From an uncultured Gemmatimonadales bacterium (GTDB lineage Bacteria; Gemmatimonadota; Gemmatimonadetes; Gemmatimonadales; GWC2-71-9), in contig CAVSQW010000015.1 in assembly GCA_963730185.1 (NCBI GenBank), positions 480,001 through 544,000 on the forward strand: DNA of 64,000 nucleotides, in the 5' to 3' direction. Position 1 is the first letter of the stretch, and every line of letters starts with the position of its first letter. The notes beneath the pieces were generated by a model. The model ran no database searches and was not told the DNA's origin. It saw only the letters and a program-made list of their open reading frames with translations. Positions 11,160 to 21,038 of this stretch are shown here, piece after piece. The position numbers were made by a program, and so were the translations under genes.

Positions 11160-11304
11160 GGCGGCACCAAGCCTCGTCACATCCGGGCCCGGTCCTACTA
11201 TCTTCCCACGCTGTGACGATTTGCGGCGCTCGCGCGTCTCACTCCGAGCGGGTGCGGCCGGAGTCGCCGACGCGCCGGACCCATAGAACCCTCGAGGAGC
11301 CGGA

Positions 11305-12024
11305 ATGGTTCTGACGCTGCAAGCCACGACGCAGGTCCCCGCCAGCGTCTGGGAGCTGGTCCTCTACTCCAGTCTCGAAACCAAGATCGTCCTCGGCGTC
11401 ACGCTGGTGTTCTCCTTTTTCTCCTGGTTCTTGATCGTCTTCAAGGGGTGGCAGTTCCGGCGTCTGCGGCGCCAGGGGGAGCGCTTCTTCCTGGCCGTGG
11501 AGGCGGCTCCCAAACTCCAGGATGCCTACCGGGTGGTCGCCAAGCTTCCGGCCTCGCCGTTCCACCGGCTGTTCCGCGAGGGGATGACGTTCTACAACGA
11601 GATTCGGCCCGGGGTGGTGCTCGATGGGCCGCCGCCTCAGCACCGCGCCTTCGAGCCCACCCAGCTCGAGGCCTTCAAGATGGTGCTCGGCAAGGAGGTC
11701 GCGACCGAACGCGACCAGGCCGGCCGGTTCGTGCCGTGGCTGGCGACCATCGGGAGCGTCAGTCCGCTCCTGGGTCTGCTGGGGACGGTGCTGGGCGTCA
11801 TGGACGCCTTCATCGGGATCAGCACCAAGGGGTCGGGCAACATCTCGGCCGTGGCGCCCGGCGTCGCGGAGGCCCTGATCACCACGGTGGCCGGCCTGGC
11901 TGCGGCGATTCCGGCCGTCATGGCCTACAACTACTTCGCCGGGAAGACGAGCCAGTTCGAGGGCGACCTCGAAGGGTTCGGCGCCGCGCTGGTGGGTTGG
12001 ATGGCGCGTGAGGGGTGGCTCTAG
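11305..12024 (+). CDS. tolQ: TolQ (MotA/TolQ/ExbB family)
   Basis: LATIGSVSPLLGLLGTVLG, VAPGVAEALITTVAGLAAAIPA; first gene of the tol-pal cluster. Confidence 0.92.
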   Translation: MVLTLQATTQVPASVWELVLYSSLETKIVLGVTLVFSFFSWFLIVFKGWQFRRLRRQGERFFLAVEAAPKLQDAYRVVAKLPASPFHRLFREGMTFYNEIRPGVVLDGPPPQHRAFEPTQLEAFKMVLGKEVATERDQAGRFVPWLATIGSVSPLLGLLGTVLGVMDAFIGISTKGSGNISAVAPGVAEALITTVAGLAAAIPAVMAYNYFAGKTSQFEGDLEGFGAALVGWMAREGWL

Positions 12025-12025
12025 C

Positions 12026-12457
12026 ATGGCGGGCGGGTTGGGGAGCGGGCTCGGTGGGCGGCGGCGGCTCGTGCCGAACGCCGACATCAACGTCACCTCG
12101 TTGGTCGATATCGCCTTCGTTCTCCTGATCATCTTCATGATCACCGCGCCGATCATGCAGGGCGGGGTGGACGTGGAGCTCCCCAAGGCGGAGGCCCGAC
12201 CGATCACGTCGAAGGACGGCGTGGTGGTCAGCGTGGATCGGCAGGGCCAGATCTGGGTCGACAACATCCGGGTGTCGTATCCCGAGCTTCAGGCGAGCAT
12301 CCGGCGCCTGGTGGATCAACGGAACACGTCGAGCGTCTACGTTCGGGGTGACCGGAACGTCCCATACGGTACCGTCGTCCGGGTGCTGGCGGCGCTGCAC
12401 GACGCGGGCATCACGTCGGCGGGCCTGGTCACCGAGGAGGAAGACGTCCGCCGATGA
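12026..12457 (+). CDS. tolR: TolR/ExbD
   Basis: INVTSLVDIAFVLLIIFMITAP, VRGDRNVPYG. Confidence 0.9.
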   Translation: MAGGLGSGLGGRRRLVPNADINVTSLVDIAFVLLIIFMITAPIMQGGVDVELPKAEARPITSKDGVVVSVDRQGQIWVDNIRVSYPELQASIRRLVDQRNTSSVYVRGDRNVPYGTVVRVLAALHDAGITSAGLVTEEEDVRR

Positions 12458-13143
12458 GGTTCCGACGGACCGTGGCCATGCCCCGGGGCGGCTTTGCGGT
12501 GGGGCTCGTGGGGACGACGGTGGTGCACCTGGCGGCGCTGGCCGCCTTGGTGGCGAGTGTGATGCTCCGGCCGAAATCCTACCAGCCGACGATCTACTCG
12601 GTCGAGCTGGTGGCGGCCCCGGCGCCGACCCGCGCGCCCAAGCCCCGAGCCGAGACGCCGCCGGCGCCGCCCCCGCCGCCGGTGGCGCCGACCAAGCCCG
12701 AGGTGAAGAAGGCACCGGTACCGAAGCCCAAGGTGCCGAAGAAGATCGATCCCAAGGTGGAGCCGACCACCAAGCCCGTGACCCAGGAGGTCCCGAATCC
12801 CGGGGCGACGCCCAGCACCGGCAACGACGTCGACAACGTCCGGGTGGAAGGGAAGGTCTTTCCTTTCCCGGACTATCTCCGCCGGATCGTGAACGAGATC
12901 CTCCGGCGCTGGTCGGCCCCGACCGGCCTGCCGCTCTCGGCGGAAGTGAGTTTTACCATCATGCGGGACGGTTCGGTGACGAACATCAGAGTCGTGCGAT
13001 CCTCACGGAACTACACCTTCGACCTCGAGGCCGAGGGGGCGGTCGAGCAGGCCGGTGGAGACAAGGCCTTCGGGCCCCTGCCGACCGGTTGGCCGCAGGA
13101 GACCCTCGACGTGGCTTTCCACTTCACCCCGAGGGAGCGCTAA
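12454..13143 (+). CDS. tolA: TolA/TonB-like energy transducer
   Basis: N-terminal TM with His, Pro/Lys-rich spacer, TonB_2-like C-terminus (FTIMRDGSV..VVRSS); between tolR and tolB. Confidence 0.75.
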   Translation: MRFRRTVAMPRGGFAVGLVGTTVVHLAALAALVASVMLRPKSYQPTIYSVELVAAPAPTRAPKPRAETPPAPPPPPVAPTKPEVKKAPVPKPKVPKKIDPKVEPTTKPVTQEVPNPGATPSTGNDVDNVRVEGKVFPFPDYLRRIVNEILRRWSAPTGLPLSAEVSFTIMRDGSVTNIRVVRSSRNYTFDLEAEGAVEQAGGDKAFGPLPTGWPQETLDVAFHFTPRER

Positions 13144-14462
13144 TGCGTCGTTGGCTGATCCTGGGACTGCTCGGCGTGGGGTTGGCGGGCCCGGCCACTG
13201 CGCAGGTACCGGACTCCTCGCGAGCCCAGGCTCGCGACACAGTCGTCCTCTACGGCAAGTACAACCCGGCCGTGCGGCCGGCCATCGTGATCCTGCCAGG
13301 GCCGGGGATCGACTCGGTCCGGTCGATCTTCGCGCGCGACCTCGATTTCAGCGACCGGTTCGAAATCATCGCCCTGCCGGACGGTGGGGCGCCGGTGGCG
13401 GCCACGGATAGCGCGCTGATCAACTACGAGCTGTATCGGACACTTCGCGCCTCGCTGGCAGTCGAGCTCTCAGGCGAAAGTGGAAATGTTACCATCCGTC
13501 TCTTCGATCTTCTCAACGAGCGGGTTCGGAACGAGATGACCGTGCCGGTGGACGGCTCCGGGGTGGGCGAGGCCCGGATGTCGGTGCACCGGATGTCGGA
13601 CGACGTGGTGGGGTGGATCACCGGGCGCTCGGGCGTGGCGGCGACCCGGATTCTGTACCTCAACCGGGTCGACGCCCGGGTCTATCGGGTGGACAGCGAC
13701 GGATACGGCGCGGTGCCGGTGACGCCGCCGGGCCAGCTGGTGGTGTCGCCGACCTGGTCTCCGGACGGGTCGCGGCTGGCGTATACCCAGTTGGGCGGTC
13801 CGGGGCCGGGCGTGATCATGCTTCAGTCGATCGCCACCGGAACCAGGTTGGTGGTCCCGACGACCGACCAGGGGCAGAATATCACCCCGGCCTTTTCGCC
13901 TGACGGGCGGAGCCTGATGTTCTCGCGGATGACCGAGCAGGCGTCGAACCTCTACGCCGTGAACGTGGCCGACCTTTGCTGCGCGGAACGCCTGACGGCA
14001 GGCAGGTTTGCGCAAAATCTATCGCCCGTCTATTCTCCCGATGGCCGGCGCGTCGCGTTCGTCTCGAACCGGTCCGGGTCGCCTCAGATCTACTCGATGG
14101 CGGCCGACGGCACGGACCAGGATCTCCTGGTTCCGTACGACTTTGGATCTACCGGATCGTCGTATGCGCCGGACTGGTCACCTGACGGAACCACCATCGT
14201 GTTTCACCGGGAGTTCGACGGCGTGCCTCAGGTCGTCAGCTTCGATCTGGCCAGCCGGGTGGTACGTCAGCGAACCTCGTCGGGCCGGAACGAGGACCCG
14301 AGTTTCGCCCCCGACAGCCGCCATGTGGTATTCGTATCGAACCGGTCGGGACGAGGGCAGCTCTTCGTCATCGATCTCGAAACCGGTCGGGTCCGGCAGA
14401 TTATCACGCCTGGGGTGGCCCGCCTGCCCTCCTGGTCCCGTTCGCTCACACGTGGGAGATGA
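13143..14462 (+). CDS. tolB: TolB beta-propeller protein
   Basis: Signal peptide, RDLDFSDRF, repeated PD40 motifs (PTWSPDG, PAFSPDG, PVYSPDG, PDWSPDG). Confidence 0.92.
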   Translation: MRRWLILGLLGVGLAGPATAQVPDSSRAQARDTVVLYGKYNPAVRPAIVILPGPGIDSVRSIFARDLDFSDRFEIIALPDGGAPVAATDSALINYELYRTLRASLAVELSGESGNVTIRLFDLLNERVRNEMTVPVDGSGVGEARMSVHRMSDDVVGWITGRSGVAATRILYLNRVDARVYRVDSDGYGAVPVTPPGQLVVSPTWSPDGSRLAYTQLGGPGPGVIMLQSIATGTRLVVPTTDQGQNITPAFSPDGRSLMFSRMTEQASNLYAVNVADLCCAERLTAGRFAQNLSPVYSPDGRRVAFVSNRSGSPQIYSMAADGTDQDLLVPYDFGSTGSSYAPDWSPDGTTIVFHREFDGVPQVVSFDLASRVVRQRTSSGRNEDPSFAPDSRHVVFVSNRSGRGQLFVIDLETGRVRQIITPGVARLPSWSRSLTRGR

Positions 14463-15019
14463 CTGACATGCAGCTGCGATCCCTCGTTCTCGCCGGGCTG
14501 GTGTTTGCCGTCGCGTGCGGTAAGAAGAAGCCCGAGACCACGCCGGAGCCGACGTCCGGACCCGTTGCCCCGCCGCCCGCACCGGCGCCGGCCCCGCCCC
14601 CGCCGCCGCCGGCCGACAACTCCGCCGCCGAGGCCGCGATGCGGGCCGAGCTGATGGGCTCGCTCACGGCGCCGATCCACTTCGAGTACGATCAGGACGC
14701 GATCAGCTCGATGGATGCCGCGATCCTCGACCGGAAGGCCGCGATCATGCAGGCCAACCCGGGCGTCCGGATCCGGATTGCGGGTAACGCCGACGAGCGC
14801 GGCTCCGACGAGTACAACCTGGTGCTCGGCACCAAGCGGGCGACGGCGGCCAAGCGCTATCTCGAGTCCAAGGGGATTGACGCCGGTCGGGTCGACATCA
14901 TCTCCTACGGCGAGGAGCGGCCGGTCGACCGGGGCGAGAACGACGCGGCCTGGGCCAAGAACCGGCGTGACGACTTCGAGGTGGTGTCCGGCGCCGAGCG
15001 CCTGGTCGCGCCCAGATGA
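14459..15019 (+). CDS. pal: Peptidoglycan-associated lipoprotein Pal (OmpA family)
   Basis: Lipobox AVAC, GNADERGSDEYNLVLG.KRA, SYGEERP, WAKNRR. Confidence 0.93.
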   Translation: MTDMQLRSLVLAGLVFAVACGKKKPETTPEPTSGPVAPPPAPAPAPPPPPPADNSAAEAAMRAELMGSLTAPIHFEYDQDAISSMDAAILDRKAAIMQANPGVRIRIAGNADERGSDEYNLVLGTKRATAAKRYLESKGIDAGRVDIISYGEERPVDRGENDAAWAKNRRDDFEVVSGAERLVAPR

Positions 15020-15813
15020 TCCGCCGGCTCGGCGTCGCGGGTCTCCTCCTGGTGGCGGGGTGCGCCACCAAGGGCAACGTTCGACGGGTGGAGACCCAGG
15101 TGGCCGTCCTCCGCGCCGAGACCGCGCGGCAGGACTCGGCCCGTGCCGCCGAGCTGTCCCGGATCATCCGGTTGCAGCAATCCATCCTGGACTCGCTGGC
15201 CGCGGGGCGGCAAGCCCTGCACGTGCTGGATGCCCGGCTGGGCAACGACTTGGTCGACATCCAGCGCCAGCTGCTCCAGGTCCAGGAGCTTGCCGGGCAG
15301 AGCCAGGCCCGGCTTTCCCGGTTGCAGGCCAATCTCGACGCTCGAGCCGCCGCCGCCCAGGTCGAGACCGCGAACGCGATGGCCGACTCGACCCATGCCG
15401 ATTCGGCCGCCGCGGCTCCGCCGCCCCCGATGCAGGCGCCCTCCGCCGATCAGATGTATCAGGGCGCGCTTCAGCAATTCCGCCGGGGCAGCGTGATTCT
15501 GGCGCGGCGGGCCTTCCTGGATTTCTTGAAGACCTACCCGGACCACCCCCTCGTCCCGGACGCGACGTACTACGTCGGTGAGACGTTCGAGACCGAAGCG
15601 CCCGATTCGGCGCTGGCCCGCTACAACGAGGTGGTCAAGCGCTTCCCGCAATCCACCCGGGCGCCGACCGCCCTGTACAAGATCGGGCTCATGGCCGAAC
15701 GTCGACAGGATGCGTCCACGGCACGCGCGACGTACCAGCGCGTCATTCAGCAGTACCCGCGGTCGGAGGAGGCCGACCTCGCCCGCGAACGATTGGCGAG
15801 CCTCAAGCCGTAA
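15016..15813 (+). CDS. cpoB: Tol-Pal associated CpoB/YbgF-like TPR lipoprotein
   Basis: Lipobox VAGC, coiled coil, TPRs (FLKTYPDHPLVPDATYYVGE, APTALYKIG, YPRSEEA); follows pal. Confidence 0.85.
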   Translation: MIRRLGVAGLLLVAGCATKGNVRRVETQVAVLRAETARQDSARAAELSRIIRLQQSILDSLAAGRQALHVLDARLGNDLVDIQRQLLQVQELAGQSQARLSRLQANLDARAAAAQVETANAMADSTHADSAAAAPPPPMQAPSADQMYQGALQQFRRGSVILARRAFLDFLKTYPDHPLVPDATYYVGETFETEAPDSALARYNEVVKRFPQSTRAPTALYKIGLMAERRQDASTARATYQRVIQQYPRSEEADLARERLASLKP

Positions 15814-15825
15814 GCAGGACCCTCC

Positions 15826-18800
15826 ATGGCGCGGTCCCTTGGCGAAATGCCGTTCCTCGATCACCTCGAGGAGCTCCGATCCCGAATCCTGAAGGCGCTC
15901 GCGGCGCTCATCGTCGGCGTGGGTCTCGGGATCTGGCTGGTGGATCGCTTCAAGCTGATCGACATCATCAAGGCGCCGATCACGCCGCTCCTTCCGACCG
16001 GCCGGCTGGTAGTGCAGGGGCCCACCGAGCCGATCATGATCCTGCTCAAGCTCGGGTTCGTGACCGGGCTGGTGCTGGCTTCGCCGGTGATCGTCTGGCA
16101 GATCTGGGCCTTTCTCTCGCCGGCCCTCTACGCCAAGGAAAAGAAGGCGGTCATCCCGTCGCTCTTCGCCGGGTTGGTCCTCTTCCTCACCGGCTCGATC
16201 CTGAGCTTCGTGTACGTGGTGCCCCGGGCCTTGCAGGTCTTGCTCGGGTTCCAGGCCGGCTCCTTCGAGAACCTGATCACGTTCGAGAAGTACTACGACT
16301 TCGTGCTCCAGGTGGTCCTGGCGATGGGGCTGTCGGCCGAGCTGCCGATGGTCATCATCCTCCTGGCGATGCTCGGCGTGGTGACGCCGAAGATGCTGGG
16401 CCGCTTCCGCCGCTACGCGATCGTGTTGTCGTTCGCCGCCGGCGCGGTCCTCTCGCCGGGGACCGACGTCTTCACGATGCTGCTGATGACGGCCCCCCTG
16501 ATTCTCCTCTACGAGGTCGGGTACCTCGGGACCGTGATCGTGCACCGGCGCCGGCTCAAGGCGGCCGCGCGCGCGGCCGCGATCGGGCTCCTGCTCCTCC
16601 TGGCCCTGGCGCCGAGTCGGGCGGAGGCGCAGCGGCCACCGGTGCAGCGGGCCCCACCGGGTCGGCAGGCCGTCGATTCCCTGGCCGACTCCCTCCGCAA
16701 CCGGCCGATCGACTCCGCCAGTGCCCGCCGTCTGGGGCTCCCCACCGCCCCGAGCCTCAGCTTCCCCGCCGCCGACTCCATCATCAACGCCCTGCTCGAT
16801 CTCGAGGGCTTCGAGACCACCCGCTACCGGGCCGACACCGCCCAGGTGAACGCCGTAACGCGGGGCATCAAGCTCGAAGGGCACGCCATGACCGAGCGGG
16901 CCGGCTCCACGCTCGAGGCCGGGATCATCACCTATCGGGAGGGGGACTGCCGGTTCGAGGCGGAGCGGGGCCCCCAGCTCTTTCAGGCGGGGACGGTGGT
17001 CGTCGGCTCGGGGGTCAAGTACGACACCTGCGTCCAGCGCGGTCTGGTGCAGAACGGACTGACTTCGTTTCCGCAGGGAGGGGCCAACTGGTATCTCCGG
17101 GGCAACATCGCGATGGACTCGTCGTCCAGTCGGGTCTACGCCAGCGCCCGGGAGGTGACCAGCTGTGATCTGCCCGAAGCCCACTATCACTTCTCCGCCC
17201 GCGAGCTCAAATGGATCAGCGGGTCGGTGATGGTGGCCCGGCCGGCGGTGCTCTACATCCGCGACGTCCCGATCGCCTGGATCCCGTTCCTTTTCCAGGA
17301 CACCAAGCGGGGCCGACGGTCGGGTATCCTGACGCCCCAGTTCGGTTTCAACGACATCGTCCGGCCCTCGCGCGGCTACAACCGGACCATCCAGAACATC
17401 GGCTACTACTGGGCCCCGAACGACTATCTGGACGTGCTCGGCCGGTTCGACTGGTTCTCCAACCGGTACATCGAATTCGGGCTCGAGGGACAGTACCGCT
17501 GGATCAACCAGAACATGCGGGGCGCGGTCAGCTATTCGAAGAGCAAGCAGATCGGCGCGGGCGGCGGGACCAACACCCGGATCGTCTGGAACAACTCCTG
17601 GACCCGGAACAACACCACGCGGATCAACTGGAACGTTGACTACTCCACCAATTCGCAGATCATCCGGAACAACTCGATCGACCCCCGGTTGGTGACCCAG
17701 GACATCCGGAGCTCGGGGACGATCAGCAAGCAGTACCGGTGGGGCAACCTCAGCATCGGCGGCACCCGGAGCCAGAGCGTGACCGACGGCAGCGGCCGCC
17801 AGACCCTGCCGTCGGTGACCCTGTCGCCCAAGCCGATCGATCTCGGAACGACCTTCACCTGGTCGCCCGACCTGAGCTTCACCATCGAGAACGCGTTCAA
17901 GCAGGCCCGGCCGTCGCTCCTGATTCCCCGCGACGACGGCACCGTCGACACCGTCAAGGTGACCGGCTCGAACCGGGCCGCCAGGTTCAATCTGAACACG
18001 CCCCTCCGGATTGGCGGGTTCAACTGGACCAACTCGATGACCTACATCGATTCGAGCTCGGTCGGCGCCCGGCAGGCGACGGTCCGGATCCCCGACGAGA
18101 GCACCGCCGACCCGACCGACTCGGTGACCGTGCGGCGGCTCAGCAACAGCGGGTTCGGCAGCGGCTTCAATTGGAACACCAGCATCAACCTTCCGATCCT
18201 CTTCCGGAACAGCTGGAAGGTGACGCCCTCGCTCGGCATCACCAACACCACCAGCGGCGACTTCGCGGTCCGGAACGCCCGGACCGACGGGCAGTGGGTG
18301 ACCCAGGGCAAGCGGTTTCAGTTCGGCGTCTCGATGGCGCCGACCTTCTACGGCTTCTTCGGCGGGATCGGCCCACTGGCCCGGATCCGGCACACCATTC
18401 AGCCCAGCCTGAGCTACGCCTACGCCCCCTCCGCCACGGTGCCGCTGGCCTACGCCCAGGCCGTGACCTCGCCGGGGCAAACGCCGCGGCTTCGGAGCGA
18501 TCCGACCCAGACGCTGACCCTGACCCTGAACCAGAACTTCGAGGCCAAGACCCGGCGCCCACCCGGCGACACCACCGACGCCAACGTCAAGAAGGTCCGG
18601 CTGCTGAGCATCCAGACCTCGCCCATCGGGTACGACTTCGAGCAGGCCAAGCTCCCCGGCCGGGCCGGCTGGACCACCAGCTCGCTGACCAATAGCTTGA
18701 TGAGCGATCTGGTGCCGGGGTTCAACTTCTCGATCACCCACGACCTCTGGAAGGGCGTGGTCGGGAGCGACACCGCGACGCTGAGCCCGTTCCTCGCCGG

Positions 18801-19335
18801 GGTTACCGCCAGCTTCTCCCTTTCGGGTCGCACCTTCGCGTCCCTCGGCAAGCTGCTCGGCCTCGGCAACGGCAACGCGACCCCGGACGCCGGCCCGGCG
18901 GCCCAGCCGACGGGGACGGGTTACCCCGACCCGTTCGGACCGGCCCAGGCGCTTCGCCGGGGCACCGGGTTCACCTCGGCCCAGAACTACACCCGGGGCG
19001 GGCAGGGCTTCAACATGTCGGTCAACTACACCTTGAGCCGCACCCGTCCGTCGGTCACCACGCCGAATCCAACCTCGCAGAGCAACATCGCGCTCAACTC
19101 GAGCTTCTCGCCGACTCGGTTTTGGCAGGTGAACTGGACCACGCAGTACAACGGCAGCCAGCATCGGTTCGAGTCGCAGCAGCTCAACTTGACCCGCGAC
19201 CTCCATGACTGGCGGGCGACCTTCTCGTTCACCCGCTCGCCCAACGGGAACTTCGCCTTCTCGTTCCTGATCATGCTCATCGACCTGCCGGACCTCCGGT
19301 TCCCGTACCAGCAGTCGACCATCCAGCCGCAATGA
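15826..19335 (+). CDS. tatC: TatC (aa 1 to ~243) fused in frame, through an internal signal-peptide-like segment, to an LptD-type outer-membrane beta-barrel (aa ~269-1169)
   Basis: TatC motifs MPFLDHLEELRSR, QIWAFLSPALYAKEK, LSPGTD, PLILLYE; LptD-like motifs TSCDLPEAHYHF, RRSGILTP, GYYWAPNDYLD, RDLHDW; no stop between them. Confidence 0.88.
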   Translation: MARSLGEMPFLDHLEELRSRILKALAALIVGVGLGIWLVDRFKLIDIIKAPITPLLPTGRLVVQGPTEPIMILLKLGFVTGLVLASPVIVWQIWAFLSPALYAKEKKAVIPSLFAGLVLFLTGSILSFVYVVPRALQVLLGFQAGSFENLITFEKYYDFVLQVVLAMGLSAELPMVIILLAMLGVVTPKMLGRFRRYAIVLSFAAGAVLSPGTDVFTMLLMTAPLILLYEVGYLGTVIVHRRRLKAAARAAAIGLLLLLALAPSRAEAQRPPVQRAPPGRQAVDSLADSLRNRPIDSASARRLGLPTAPSLSFPAADSIINALLDLEGFETTRYRADTAQVNAVTRGIKLEGHAMTERAGSTLEAGIITYREGDCRFEAERGPQLFQAGTVVVGSGVKYDTCVQRGLVQNGLTSFPQGGANWYLRGNIAMDSSSSRVYASAREVTSCDLPEAHYHFSARELKWISGSVMVARPAVLYIRDVPIAWIPFLFQDTKRGRRSGILTPQFGFNDIVRPSRGYNRTIQNIGYYWAPNDYLDVLGRFDWFSNRYIEFGLEGQYRWINQNMRGAVSYSKSKQIGAGGGTNTRIVWNNSWTRNNTTRINWNVDYSTNSQIIRNNSIDPRLVTQDIRSSGTISKQYRWGNLSIGGTRSQSVTDGSGRQTLPSVTLSPKPIDLGTTFTWSPDLSFTIENAFKQARPSLLIPRDDGTVDTVKVTGSNRAARFNLNTPLRIGGFNWTNSMTYIDSSSVGARQATVRIPDESTADPTDSVTVRRLSNSGFGSGFNWNTSINLPILFRNSWKVTPSLGITNTTSGDFAVRNARTDGQWVTQGKRFQFGVSMAPTFYGFFGGIGPLARIRHTIQPSLSYAYAPSATVPLAYAQAVTSPGQTPRLRSDPTQTLTLTLNQNFEAKTRRPPGDTTDANVKKVRLLSIQTSPIGYDFEQAKLPGRAGWTTSSLTNSLMSDLVPGFNFSITHDLWKGVVGSDTATLSPFLAGVTASFSLSGRTFASLGKLLGLGNGNATPDAGPAAQPTGTGYPDPFGPAQALRRGTGFTSAQNYTRGGQGFNMSVNYTLSRTRPSVTTPNPTSQSNIALNSSFSPTRFWQVNWTTQYNGSQHRFESQQLNLTRDLHDWRATFSFTRSPNGNFAFSFLIMLIDLPDLRFPYQQSTIQPQ

Positions 19336-19402
19336 CGGGCGCGGGCCCGTGGGACACTGGCGTCCGCCCCGATCGGCGGTCCGCATCCTGGGAGAGACAG
19401 CG

Positions 19403-20941
19403 ATGAGCGAAAGCGGCGCGGTGCTCGCGATTGACGGGCGGTCGCTCACCGTCGAGGACGTCGTCCGGTTCGCCCGGGCGCCCGAGACCCGGCTGGCGCT
19501 CGACCCCGGCGCGCGGGAGCGCCTCGCGGCCAGCCGGGCGGTCATCGAAGGCGCGATCGCCCGCGGCGACACCATGTACGGGATCAACACCGGGTTCGGC
19601 AAGCTCGCCAACGTCCGGGTCGGCCCCGAGTCGCTGGGGGCCCTCCAGGCCAACCTGATCCGGAGCCACGCCGCCGGCGTGGGCGACCCGCTCCCGGCCG
19701 AGGTGGTCCGGGCGATGATGCTGCTCCGGACCAACGTGCTGCTCCGCGCGACCAGCGGGGTCCGGCCCAGCCTGGCGCAGGCGGTGGCCGATCTGGCGAA
19801 CGCCGGGATCGTCCCGGTCGTGCCCGAGCAGGGGAGCGTCGGGGCCAGCGGCGACCTCGCGCCGCTCAGCCACCTGGCCCTGGTCTTGATGGGCGAGGGC
19901 GACGTCTTGACTGACGACGGGGGCTGCCGTCCGGCCGCCGACGTCCTGGCGGCCGCCGGACTCACCCCGGTTCGGTTCGCGCCCAAGGAAGGCCTGGCCT
20001 TCATCAACGGGACCCAGGCCCAGACGGCCCTGCTGGCTCTCCTGGTGCACGATGCCTGGGTGGTGTGGCGGACGGCGGTCGCGGCCGCCGCGCTCAGTCT
20101 GGAAGCCCTCCGGGGCACTCCTACGCCGCTCGATCCCCGGATCCACGAGGCCCGGCCCCATCCGGGTCAGATCCGGGCCGCCGCCCTGATGCGCGACCTC
20201 CTCGAGGCCAGTGAGATCCGGGAATCGCATCGGGAGAACGACCCCCGGGTCCAGGATGCCTACAGTCTCCGCTGCAGCCCGCAGGTGCTCGGAGCGGTGG
20301 CCGACGCGATCAGCTTCGCGGACCGGGTGGTGAGCGTCGAGCTCAATGCCTCGACCGACAACCCGCTGGTGTTCGCCGACGGCGACGTGCTCTCGGGCGG
20401 TAATTTCCACGGCCAGCCGGTCGCCCAGGCGCTCGACTTCCTGGGGATCGCGCTGGTGACCCTGCAGGCGCTGGCCGAGCGTCGGGTGGAGCGGCTGGTC
20501 AACCCGGATCTCTCGCAGGGTCTCCCGGCCTTCCTGACCCGCGATCCGGGGCTCCAGTCGGGCTTCATGATGGTCCAGATCACGGCGGCGTCTCTCGTGG
20601 CGGAATCTCGGACACTGGCCTACCCGGCCAGCATCGGGTCGATTCCGACCGACGCGAACCAAGAGGACTTCGTTCCGATGGGCATGGCGGCCGCGTTCAA
20701 GGTCCGGCGGATCCTGCTGAACGCCGCGCGGGTCGTGGCCGCGGAGTTGCTGTGCGGGGCCCAGGGGCTCGAGTTCCTGGCTCCCCTCCGTCCGGGTCGG
20801 GGGGTGGCTCGGCTCCATCGGGCCCTCCGGAGCGACGCCTGGGGGGTGGCTGCTCTGGGGGCCGATCGGCCCCCAGCGCCGGACCTGGCCCGTTTGGAGC
20901 GGGGAGTGCTCGCGGGGGCCTTCGATCCCGAGGGGCAATAG
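19403..20941 (+). CDS. hutH: Histidine ammonia-lyase
   Basis: YGINTGFG, NLIRSHAAGVG, MIO motif GSVGASGDLAPL, RVQDAYSLRC, SGGNFHGQP. Confidence 0.95.
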   Translation: MSESGAVLAIDGRSLTVEDVVRFARAPETRLALDPGARERLAASRAVIEGAIARGDTMYGINTGFGKLANVRVGPESLGALQANLIRSHAAGVGDPLPAEVVRAMMLLRTNVLLRATSGVRPSLAQAVADLANAGIVPVVPEQGSVGASGDLAPLSHLALVLMGEGDVLTDDGGCRPAADVLAAAGLTPVRFAPKEGLAFINGTQAQTALLALLVHDAWVVWRTAVAAAALSLEALRGTPTPLDPRIHEARPHPGQIRAAALMRDLLEASEIRESHRENDPRVQDAYSLRCSPQVLGAVADAISFADRVVSVELNASTDNPLVFADGDVLSGGNFHGQPVAQALDFLGIALVTLQALAERRVERLVNPDLSQGLPAFLTRDPGLQSGFMMVQITAASLVAESRTLAYPASIGSIPTDANQEDFVPMGMAAAFKVRRILLNAARVVAAELLCGAQGLEFLAPLRPGRGVARLHRALRSDAWGVAALGADRPPAPDLARLERGVLAGAFDPEGQ

Positions 20942-21038
20942 GGCCGATCGTCGGCTTGCTCGGCCCCATGGCGCGGTCCTATCTTACGGATTCGCAAATG
21001 GTTGACCGTCGCAATCAGCCGCCAGAGCCCCGAGCCGG

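Noticed and set aside
14905..20118. 1737-aa minus-strand ORF and other long antisense ORFs (2017-4257, 5636-8407, 42459-46163 on +, 46055-48130)
   Set aside because: They lie opposite well-supported genes and have no recognisable motifs; shadow ORFs are expected from high-GC codon bias.
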